From Patescibacteria group bacterium (GTDB taxonomy: Bacteria; Patescibacteriota; Patescibacteriia; UBA1558; GWA2-36-10), in the NCBI GenBank assembly GCA_041650755.1, contig JBAZKN010000003.1, positions 86,466 to 150,465 of the forward strand: a stretch of 64,000 bases of DNA. The letters are read 5' to 3'. The notes under the pieces were generated by a model. That model saw only the letters and a program-made list of their open reading frames with translations. It had not been told where the DNA came from and did not search any database. Below, one piece after another: positions 52,893 to 60,845 of this stretch. Position 1 is the stretch's first letter; each line of letters opens with the position of its first letter. The translations under genes and the position numbers were made by a program.

Positions 52893-54122
52893 ATGAATGC
52901 TTTTGATAATGCTCGGCGGCAGCTCGAAAAGGCCAGCCAAATTATAAAATTAGCTCCGGCAGTACTCAAAAAATTGAGCGTGCCAGACAGGACGGTTGTG
53001 GCCAATTTGTCAGTCAAGATGGATAATGGCGAGTGGCAAATCTTTGAAGGTTACCGTGTCCAATATAATAATGCTCGAGGCCCATACAAGGGTGGCATAC
53101 GCTTTCACCCTCAAGTCAATCTAGACGAGGTGAAGGCTCTAGCCTTTTGGATGGCTATAAAGTGCGCGGTGGTTGATATACCGATGGGCGGTGGCAAAGG
53201 TGGGGTAGTAGTTGACCCTAAGAGTTTATCCAAAAATGAATTGGAAAGACTGTCTCGAGCCTGGGTCAGTGCCTTTGCCGACGTGATCGGCCCGCACAAA
53301 GATATACCAGCACCAGATGTCTATACCAACGCACAAGTTATGGCTTGGATGGCCGACGAATATTCAAAATTGATAGGTAAACAAGCCTGGGGCGTGGTGA
53401 CCGGAAAGCCCCTGGATATGGGGGGCTCTTTAGGCAGAGACAAGGCCACTGCTCAAGGCGGATTTTATGTTTTGGATGAGGCAGTCAAGACCCTTGGGCT
53501 AGACCCACGGCGTCTGTCAGTAGCCATTCAGGGGCTTGGTAATGCCGGCGGCGTAATGGCTAGGCTTTTAGCATCAGCCGGGTACAAAATTATAGCCCTA
53601 GCCGACTCTAAAGCAATTGTTTATGACGAGCAGGGCCTAGACGTAGAGGATGTCGGTAAATACAAGGAGCAATACGGACACCTGCTTGGTCATCCAAAAG
53701 TAAAGAATATTCAGCAGGCAGAATTATTTACCTTACCGGTAGATATCATTGTGCCGGCTGCTTTGGAAAATCAGATCAGCCGAGAACTTGCCAAAAAAAT
53801 GCAAGCTAAAATTTTATTAGAATTGGCTAATGGGCCTACTCTACCGGCTGCCGATGAGGTTCTGTTTGCTAAAAATATTTTAGTAATTCCTGATGTTTTG
53901 GCTAATGCTGGCGGTGTGACTGTATCCTATTTTGAGTGGCTACAAAATCTGGAAAATAATTATTGGACCGCAGACGAGGTGGCCAAGCAGCTAAAAGATA
54001 GGATGGTGACTGCTTGGGAGGCGGTATATCGCACTGCGCAACAATATAAAATTGATTTACGTACGGCAGCCTTTATTAGTGCTATAAATAAGATCGCGGC
54101 TGCTATGCGAATAAGCCAATAA
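52893..54122 (+). CDS. gdhA: Glu/Leu/Phe/Val dehydrogenase (glutamate dehydrogenase)
   Basis: GPYKGGIRFHP, GGGKGG, DIPAPD and ELANGP. Confidence 0.92.
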   Translation: MNAFDNARRQLEKASQIIKLAPAVLKKLSVPDRTVVANLSVKMDNGEWQIFEGYRVQYNNARGPYKGGIRFHPQVNLDEVKALAFWMAIKCAVVDIPMGGGKGGVVVDPKSLSKNELERLSRAWVSAFADVIGPHKDIPAPDVYTNAQVMAWMADEYSKLIGKQAWGVVTGKPLDMGGSLGRDKATAQGGFYVLDEAVKTLGLDPRRLSVAIQGLGNAGGVMARLLASAGYKIIALADSKAIVYDEQGLDVEDVGKYKEQYGHLLGHPKVKNIQQAELFTLPVDIIVPAALENQISRELAKKMQAKILLELANGPTLPAADEVLFAKNILVIPDVLANAGGVTVSYFEWLQNLENNYWTADEVAKQLKDRMVTAWEAVYRTAQQYKIDLRTAAFISAINKIAAAMRISQ

Positions 54123-54129
54123 AAAGCCT

Positions 54130-54717
54130 ATGGGCAAAATTATTGTTGGTTTAGATGAGGCCGGCAGAGGACCGGTGGCTGGGCCAATAGTTGGCGCGGC
54201 AGTTTTGACTGATGGCAGTAGGCTTCATAAAAAAATTCTAGCCAAGGTCAAGGACTCAAAAGTTTTGACCGCCAAACAGCGCCAACACCTTTTTATTTTG
54301 ATTACCGAAAATTTTCCCTGGGCAGTCCATGCTATAGATAATAAATTTATTGATCGTTATGGTATCCAGGCATCTAATGTTTTGGTTTTGGAAAAATCCT
54401 GTCAACAGCTCTTATCTTTATGCAGCAGCGAATATCTATTGGTGTCAGACTATGTGGGCGGCGCTAAAAAATATTTGACCACAGAACAGGTAATTAGTTT
54501 TTATAAACACGGGGAAAATAAATTTAAAATTATTGCGGCCGCCTCTATCGTTGCCAAAGTTTATAGGGATAATCTGTTGATTAATCTGCATCAAAAGTAT
54601 CCGGATTATAATTTTATCCAGCACAAGGGCTATGGGACAAAACAGCATTTGTCGGCTATAAAAAAATATGGCCCAAGCCCAATACATCGCCGGAGCTTTT
54701 TAAAGAATTATTTATAA
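54130..54717 (+). CDS. rnhB: Ribonuclease HII
   Basis: GLDEAGRGP, DSK, AAASIVAK and HKGYGT. Confidence 0.93.
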   Translation: MGKIIVGLDEAGRGPVAGPIVGAAVLTDGSRLHKKILAKVKDSKVLTAKQRQHLFILITENFPWAVHAIDNKFIDRYGIQASNVLVLEKSCQQLLSLCSSEYLLVSDYVGGAKKYLTTEQVISFYKHGENKFKIIAAASIVAKVYRDNLLINLHQKYPDYNFIQHKGYGTKQHLSAIKKYGPSPIHRRSFLKNYL

Positions 54718-54771
54718 TAAAAATCCACCCCACTGGTAGCAGGGTGGTTGTGCGCCCAAGGGGCTAAAAGG

Positions 54772-55011
54772 CTACTGGCGCAGGATCATTTCGGTGGTAG
54801 AGAACTTCTGCGGATCGGTGAACACGACGCTGCAGGTGGTGCAATGGTAGCGTCGGTTTTTGGGGTCGTCGTGGGGGTTGGCCACAGTGAAAGCGTGGCC
54901 ACGGCAGACACGGCAGGTGAACCAGCCCTCGATACCAAGAGGCATGTGCTGAGCGTCGGGGAGAACAGCCACCCCTCTCCCAGCAATGGATGCTACGACT
55001 CCGCTCGGCAT
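54772..55011 (-). CDS. GC-rich orphan small zinc-ribbon protein (orphan D)
   Basis: CRVC...CTTC; SD AAGGAG; TTGACA-16-TAAAAT at 55104-55077; terminator CCACCC..GGGTGG-ATTTTT at about 54718-54747. Confidence 0.65.
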   Translation of the reverse strand: MPSGVVASIAGRGVAVLPDAQHMPLGIEGWFTCRVCRGHAFTVANPHDDPKNRRYHCTTCSVVFTDPQKFSTTEMILRQ

Positions 55012-55143
55012 TAGTCTCTCCTTCTCGTTCCTACTTGTTGGTAGCTATAGCAAAGGTGCATTTAGTGAACAGACTAATTTTACAGGCTGATTTATATATG
55101 TCAACCAAAGGTCCAGCAAGTGGGCTTATTTATTTTTATGCTC

Positions 55144-55171
55144 TTGACAGCTAAATATTTTTTGCTAAGAT
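55144..55171 (+). promoter_or_regulatory. Promoter facing the ssb operon
   Basis: TTGACA-16 nt (ending in TGc)-TAAGAT. Confidence 0.55.
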
Positions 55172-55320
55172 AGAGAAGCAAATCTAAGACGGCTATTTTT
55201 ATAGAGACGGCTTAGTTGAAGAAAAAGAAAAGCGATGTTTATCTTAAATTATAAATTAAGACTCCGACAAATCGGCGATATTTACTTAACGCACAATTTT
55301 TGCGATTATTTGTTTTATAT

Positions 55321-55409
55321 AAAAAGCAAGAACCCCGCTTGCGCAGGGCTCTTACCAAGAAAAGCGATTTTGAGGGTGACTATTTCCTTGCGGAAATGGT
55401 TAGCCTCAT
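55321..55409 (-). ncRNA. Candidate base-pairing small RNA (about 89 nt)
   Basis: TTGACA-17-TAATAT at 55443-55415; 5' hairpin with GCAA loop; unpaired AAAUCGCUUUUCUUG; 13-bp terminator stem (GCAA loop, three G-U pairs on the minus strand) plus U5. Confidence 0.7.
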
Positions 55410-55550
55410 TGCATATATTAGAATAAATAATCAATTTTGTCAACTCGTGCCCAGACTATAGCCGGGCAAAAGTCGGCGTGAAAAAAGACAGGCACTTTAA
55501 TAATCTAATTCTGTCTTATTATTTTTGGCAGAAAGGGAAAGGAAAGCGAT

Positions 55551-55961
55551 ATGGATTTAAACAAAGTTAATTTGATTGGCAACCTGACCGGCGATCCAGT
55601 CAGTAAAAATTTGCCCTCCGGGCAGAGCGTGGCCCAATTTAATTTGGCTACCAACTACAATTGGCGCGATGTGCGCACCAAGGAAAAGAAAAGCCGGGCT
55701 GATTTTCATCGCGTCGTTGCCTGGGGGCATCTGGCGGAGATTATTACCACTTATTTGAAAAAAGGCTCGAAGATTTTTATCGAAGGGCGCCTGCAAAACC
55801 GTTCTTGGGAGGACAAAAATAAAAATAAAAAGTATATTACCGAGGTGGTGGCTTCAGATTTGATTATGTTGGGCGGCAGCCATAAAAAAGAAGTTAAGGG
55901 CGATGAAACAGCCAAAGAAGAAATTGACGTGGAAGAAATTCAAATTGAAGAAGATAACTAA
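55551..55961 (+). CDS. ssb: Single-stranded DNA-binding protein (short, SsbB-like)
   Basis: NKVNLIGNL and KGSKIFIEGRLQNRSW; acidic tail lacking the usual DDIPF. Confidence 0.93.
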   Translation: MDLNKVNLIGNLTGDPVSKNLPSGQSVAQFNLATNYNWRDVRTKEKKSRADFHRVVAWGHLAEIITTYLKKGSKIFIEGRLQNRSWEDKNKNKKYITEVVASDLIMLGGSHKKEVKGDETAKEEIDVEEIQIEEDN

Positions 55962-56048
55962 TTTATCATATTCCGGATAAGATAATTATTATCTTGGGCC
56001 AAGGCTTGGAGTTTGCCTGTGTCTTCAAGTCTTGCCTAAGCTAATAAT

Positions 56049-58553
56049 ATGAAAAGAAAAGCGATTTTATTTTTGAGTTTTTGTCTGCTAAGTAATTTTT
56101 ATTTGGCGAAAACGAGTCTGGCAGCGCCTAATGATCTGGTGGTTTCCGAAATTATGTATGACGACCAAGGGTCAGATAGCGGGAAAGAGTGGGTAGAAGT
56201 TTATAATGCTGGCAATGAAACAGTAGAAATACTGGCCGGCTCTGGTCGGCAAGCCTGGCGTTTTTATGATGGCTCCAATCATACTATTGATTTGATTCAA
56301 GGCACCAGCACAATTGCTAGCCAGGAGTTTTTTATTTTAGCTAGCGACGCTGATCAGTTTTTATCTGATCACCCGGGTTTTTCCGGCACAGTTTTTGATA
56401 CGGTGATGAGTCTATCTAATTCTAGTAGTACTGTGGCCTTGAGCTTTGATGGTGGGTCCAGCCAGACTATTTTGGCTAGCTATGATGCTGCTTGGGGAGC
56501 TGGTGGAGACGGGTATACCTTAGAAAAAAAATCTCTTATCCAAGACAGCAGCCAGAGCAATTGGCAAATAAGTTCTGCGATTGGTGGTACGCCCGGGCTA
56601 GCCAATAGCCAGGGCAGTGTCCTGCCACCAGAGCAAGATCCGTCGCCAGAGCCGGGGCCAGAGCCAGAACCCGTAGATAGCCAGCCCAGTGGGCAAAACA
56701 TTGTTAACCATAGTGAATGGTGGCAGATTAGGATCTCGGAATTTATGCCAAATCCAAAAGGAGCAGATGATGCCGAGTGGATCGAGCTATACAATAGCGG
56801 TCCAAGCACCGTGAGTTTAGCCGGATTTAAGTTGCAGGATAATTCGGCCAGAGTATTTACTTTAGAAGAGGACGGTGGTTTAAATTTAAATTTATCCCCC
56901 GGGACATATTTAGTTTTATATAAACAAATTACGGGCATTAGTTTAAATAATAGTGGCGGAGACAGCGTCAAACTCTATGATCCAGACAGTGTTTTGTTGG
57001 ATAACGCCAGTTATCAAGACAATGCATCAGAGAATAAGAGCTATGCTCGCGCAGCGGATAATTTTTCTTGGACCAGTACACCGACCCCTGGTTTAGTCAA
57101 TCAATTTGTTGCCAACCAAGCGCCGCAAGCAGTGATAAAAATCAAGTCTAGAGAATTGTTGGCCGGGCAAAGCATTGTCTTATCGGCTGAAGATTCCAAT
57201 GATCCGGAAGAAGGACCACTGAAATATATTTGGGATTTTGGTGATGATTCGACTGGCGATGAAAAAACAGAGAACCACGCTTATCAAGCCGGCGGCGACT
57301 ATTTGCTTAGGCTAAAAGTTGTTGACCCAGAAGGCTTGATGACCGAAACTACCAATATACTCAATGTGCAGGATGTACAGCCGGATATTAGATTGCAGGA
57401 AATTCAACCGATAGATTTTACGCCCAGTGATTTTATTATTTCCGAGTTTTTGCCCGATCCAGTTGGTAGCGATGATCTTGAGTGGGTTGAATTATATAAT
57501 CTGTCCAATAAAGATATCAATCTAACCGGTTGGCAGCTGGATGATGTAGAGGGTAGCAGCCGGCCATATGTATTTAATGCTAGTAGCACCATTGCTGCCG
57601 GGCAGTTTTTGGTGGTTGATAGACAGACAAGCCGCTTGAGCCTCAATAATCAAGGAGATGAAGTCAGGCTGCTCACCCCCTTAGCACAAGTTTGGCAGAC
57701 AGTGCCCTATGAAAAAGTTTCTGAAGGCGAGTCACAAGCCTGGGACCCAATAAATCAAGAATGGTTTATATCAAAACAGCCAAGCCCGGGCGCGGTTAAT
57801 ATTAATCAAGGAGACGAATTTCTGTCAGCCAGTTTAAGTATTGCCGAGATGCATGATAAACAAATCGTAAATTTTACGGGCATGGCTCTAGGCCCAAGCA
57901 ATACCAGCACTGCCAGCTTGTTTTTGGCTGAAATGTCTGACAGCCAGCCAGATTATACTAAAATAGTAGAAATTTATTATACTAAGAAAAACTGGCCACT
58001 CATTGATATCGGCGATCTAGTTTCTACTAGTGGTGCTATCAGTAAAAGTGCTGATATTTTTAAAATAAAATTAAAGCAAGCGGAAGATTTGTCAATTATA
58101 GGTAATGTGAGCGATTTCCCCAAACCAGAGACAATAGGGGCGGGTGATTTGTCAGACGAATACCTTAATCAATATTTAACAGTCCACGGCTTGGTTGTCA
58201 AAAAGGTGGGCAAGAATATTTATTTGGCTGCTGACCAAGAAGATGAGCCCACCTTTCGTTTGGCTACCAATTTTTCTACTAAAGATTTATCAATCAAGGT
58301 TGGTACCGAGGTCATTGCCAGCGGCGTCTTAAGTAAAAAAGATGATAAACTAAAATTATTGGTTTTGGATAAGAGAGATCTGGCCCTCTCACAGGAGGTG
58401 CTGGGCGAAAAAGAGCTTAGCACTTCTAGCCTAGATTTGTTGGCAGATTCAGACGATAGCAGATCAATTAAAAATATATTGTTTTTTATTGGTGGGGGTA
58501 TTTTACTGGCTAGCTTAATTTTTTGGTTAAAATATAAGATGGGGAGACCATAG
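56049..58553 (+). CDS. Surface protein with three lamin-tail domains, a PKD domain, OB-fold-like regions and a C-terminal TM anchor
   Basis: Signal peptide; three (I/V)SE..EW(V/I)E(L/V)YN repeats; YIWDFGD; C-terminal TM helix. Confidence 0.8.
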   Translation: MKRKAILFLSFCLLSNFYLAKTSLAAPNDLVVSEIMYDDQGSDSGKEWVEVYNAGNETVEILAGSGRQAWRFYDGSNHTIDLIQGTSTIASQEFFILASDADQFLSDHPGFSGTVFDTVMSLSNSSSTVALSFDGGSSQTILASYDAAWGAGGDGYTLEKKSLIQDSSQSNWQISSAIGGTPGLANSQGSVLPPEQDPSPEPGPEPEPVDSQPSGQNIVNHSEWWQIRISEFMPNPKGADDAEWIELYNSGPSTVSLAGFKLQDNSARVFTLEEDGGLNLNLSPGTYLVLYKQITGISLNNSGGDSVKLYDPDSVLLDNASYQDNASENKSYARAADNFSWTSTPTPGLVNQFVANQAPQAVIKIKSRELLAGQSIVLSAEDSNDPEEGPLKYIWDFGDDSTGDEKTENHAYQAGGDYLLRLKVVDPEGLMTETTNILNVQDVQPDIRLQEIQPIDFTPSDFIISEFLPDPVGSDDLEWVELYNLSNKDINLTGWQLDDVEGSSRPYVFNASSTIAAGQFLVVDRQTSRLSLNNQGDEVRLLTPLAQVWQTVPYEKVSEGESQAWDPINQEWFISKQPSPGAVNINQGDEFLSASLSIAEMHDKQIVNFTGMALGPSNTSTASLFLAEMSDSQPDYTKIVEIYYTKKNWPLIDIGDLVSTSGAISKSADIFKIKLKQAEDLSIIGNVSDFPKPETIGAGDLSDEYLNQYLTVHGLVVKKVGKNIYLAADQEDEPTFRLATNFSTKDLSIKVGTEVIASGVLSKKDDKLKLLVLDKRDLALSQEVLGEKELSTSSLDLLADSDDSRSIKNILFFIGGGILLASLIFWLKYKMGRP

Positions 58554-58655
58554 GGCTGATTGACTTTATTTGTATTATATTATATAAACAATACTTGTCT
58601 GTTCGTTTGACCAGGGTTTAGGATCTTGGCTAAAAGCCAGAATGAGAGGTGCGTC

Positions 58656-59084
58656 ATGACCAAAAAGCGTGGTTTGGCTTGGGTGCTGATTGCGACCGTG
58701 CTGCTCTGCTGTCTACTTTTGCTTATCCCACTGGTGCAGCGTGGCATACGCGTTTTGCAGGAACAGGACCAGCAGAGCCGCGAGCAGTGCATGATCTCTT
58801 ACGCCGAAATGATTGACAATTACCTACAACGCACCCATCAGAATGGTCAGGACCATACCTTTGGCCTGTTGGTTCTTAACCAGCAGTTAGAGGGGTACGC
58901 TAGCCCTTATTCTACAGACTTGGGGCCCATGCGAGTGGTTAGCTGCAACGAGTTCGGTGAGCCCTTGCAGCCAGTTGATCGGCGCTGTCACCTTATCGGG
59001 TACTATACCAGTGTTGACGGCAAGGTTTACAAGCTGTTTGTCTGGGATACCGCGGGTCGGCTTATCTGGGTGCGGCGTAATTAA
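58656..59084 (+). CDS. GC-rich orphan with N-terminal TM helix (orphan E), weakly pseudopilin-like
   Basis: TTGACT at 58560; SD GAGGT; terminator at 59108-59134; MTKKRG followed by a hydrophobic helix but no Glu at position 5. Confidence 0.65.
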   Translation: MTKKRGLAWVLIATVLLCCLLLLIPLVQRGIRVLQEQDQQSREQCMISYAEMIDNYLQRTHQNGQDHTFGLLVLNQQLEGYASPYSTDLGPMRVVSCNEFGEPLQPVDRRCHLIGYYTSVDGKVYKLFVWDTAGRLIWVRRN

Positions 59085-59181
59085 GTCGAACACTCATCTT
59101 ACTCTTTGCCGTCGCGTCCTTAGCGGCGGTTTTTCTTTGACATTTTTGTTATTTTTTAGTATAAATATAGCATTATTATCT

Positions 59182-59266
59182 GCCGGAGTGGTGAAATTGG
59201 TAGACACGCATGGCTTAGGACCATGTGCCGCAAGGCTTGGGGGTTCAAGTCCCTTCTCCGGCACCA
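59182..59266 (+). tRNA. tRNA-Leu(TAG)
   Basis: Anticodon arm CATGG-CT TAG GA-CCATG, long variable arm and 3' CCA. Confidence 0.95.
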
Positions 59267-59276
59267 TAAAGTTTTC

Positions 59277-59780
59277 ATGCTAATATTTTTTTTAATTTTT
59301 ATTTTAGCTATTGCCGTGACTACCACCTATGCTCTGTTTAGTGGCATTGGTTGGGTGCCCACTCGCCAGGCGGATATTGATAGATTTTTGCGTCTAGCCG
59401 ATGTTGGGTCCAAGGAAAAAGTTTACGATCTGGGTTGCGGTGATGGACGTTTGGTAATCTCGGCCAGTAAGTTGGGTGCCGAAGCGATTGGTTTGGAAAT
59501 ATCCATTTTGTTATATATTGGGGCAGTACTTAGAAAATTTTTTTCCGGCAGTAAGGCTAAAATAAAGTTTGGTGATTTTTGGAGAGTTGACCTTAGACAA
59601 GCAGATGTAGTATATTTGTTTTTGATACCCCGGGTTTATAGCCGTTTAAAAAACAAATTAGAAAAAGAGCTAAAGCCTGGCGCCAAGGTCGTAGTCTTGG
59701 TTTGGCCGATTCCTGGTTGGCAGCCAAGTGTGGTGGATAAAATTATAGGTCGTCCGACTTTATATTTATATGTGAGATAG
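59277..59780 (+). CDS. Class I SAM-dependent methyltransferase with N-terminal TM helix
   Basis: WVPT, YDLGCGDGR and ELKPGAKVV; start moved downstream of the tRNA. Confidence 0.85.
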   Translation: MLIFFLIFILAIAVTTTYALFSGIGWVPTRQADIDRFLRLADVGSKEKVYDLGCGDGRLVISASKLGAEAIGLEISILLYIGAVLRKFFSGSKAKIKFGDFWRVDLRQADVVYLFLIPRVYSRLKNKLEKELKPGAKVVVLVWPIPGWQPSVVDKIIGRPTLYLYVR

Positions 59781-59798
59781 TCTATTGGGTATATAGCT

Positions 59799-59829
59799 CC
59801 CGCCTGCGCCAAGGCTACGGCGGGCAGGC
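59799..59829. repeat. REP-like GC palindrome
   Basis: CCCGCCTGCGCCAAGGCTACGGCGGGCAGGC imperfect hairpin. Confidence 0.5.
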
Positions 59830-59840
59830 AGCTGCTTTTA

Positions 59841-59917
59841 GGGCACGTAGCTCAGCTGGTTAGAGCGCTACGTTGACATCGTAGAGGTCGGAGGTTCGAG
59901 TCCCCCCGTGCCCACCA
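59841..59917 (+). tRNA. tRNA-Val(GAC)
   Basis: Anticodon arm CTACG-TT GAC AT-CGTAG, GGTTCGA and 3' CCA. Confidence 0.96.
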
Positions 59918-59925
59918 CTCGACTC

Positions 59926-59947
59926 CCCCGCACCATATGGTGCAGGG
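59926..59947. repeat. REP-like palindrome with a second copy at 62730-62751
   Basis: CCCCGCACCATATGGTGCAGGG versus CCCTGCACCGTATGGTGCAGGG (20/22 identical). Confidence 0.65.
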
Positions 59948-60138
59948 TAGCCCATGGTCTTCGACAATTCAATGATTAATATATGCTGTTTGGTCGAGCA
60001 TCCGGAGCGAATCAGATAACTGGCGGATGAGCCGGAGGGCAGCTATATGTTTCAGGCTGCAAATGGTACGGCCTTTTTTGTTTGCCTTTACTTTTATGGA
60101 GTTAGATTTTATAATATAGATATAAATTTCATAAAACT

Positions 60139-60612
60139 ATGTTTAGCCTAAAAAAGAAAAATAAAACAGACAAGGAAAAAAAAGGAAATATTGAGATATC
60201 AGACGAATCGCCAGCTGATCAGGATGTGATTGACGCTATAAATGATCAGGGTGCATCGACAGAAGAAGAGGAGGGCCTGACTGAAGAAGGCCAGTTGTCA
60301 GTTGATGTTTATCAGGATAAGTCGAACATCATCATTCGATCTACTATAGCTGGGGTTGAGCCAGAAGATATTGATATTACTTTTGACAATGATATGATCA
60401 CTATCCGCGGTAAGAGGAAGAAGGACGCCAGTATTCGAGAGGAAAATTATTTTTATCAAGAGTGCTATTGGGGGAGTTTTTCCAGGTCAATCATTCTGCC
60501 AGTCGAGGTGCAGGCCGATAAAATAAAGGCTAGTATTCGCAATGGCGTTTTGACCATAGTTATGCCCAAAAGCCACAAGGATCTAAATATCAAAGTAGAG
60601 GAAGAAGATTAA
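60139..60612 (+). CDS. Small heat shock protein (Hsp20)
   Basis: VDVYQ, ECYWGSFSRSIILP and NGVLTI. Confidence 0.92.
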   Translation: MFSLKKKNKTDKEKKGNIEISDESPADQDVIDAINDQGASTEEEEGLTEEGQLSVDVYQDKSNIIIRSTIAGVEPEDIDITFDNDMITIRGKRKKDASIREENYFYQECYWGSFSRSIILPVEVQADKIKASIRNGVLTIVMPKSHKDLNIKVEEED

Positions 60613-60614
60613 CT

Positions 60615-60845
60615 ATGTTGGTAAAGAATTTATTGCTTACTTTTGACCATCAGGCTGATGGCCAAATATTTTTTCGCACCGACAATGGGGCGACAATTAG
60701 TCTGCCGGATTTTTTGTTTTCGGCCAGTTTGGAGCCGGAACAAAAAATTTATTTATCAGCTGATCTGATACCCATGGTCAACATCGAGGAAAATAAAAAA
60801 CAGCTGCTCAACGAGCTTTTGGGGGGTAATGATGATAAAAGCTAA
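60615..60845 (+). CDS. Hypothetical protein
   Basis: Tightly packed ORF between hsp20 and the VanW-family gene. Confidence 0.6.
   Translation: MLVKNLLLTFDHQADGQIFFRTDNGATISLPDFLFSASLEPEQKIYLSADLIPMVNIEENKKQLLNELLGGNDDKS

Noticed and set aside
55225-56068. AAGAAAAGCGAT copies as a CRISPR array
   Set aside because: The repeats are too short and irregularly spaced, one lies inside a CDS, and no cas genes are present.
59223-59276. N-terminal extension of the methyltransferase ORF
   Set aside because: It overlaps tRNA-Leu; the real start is probably ATG 59277.
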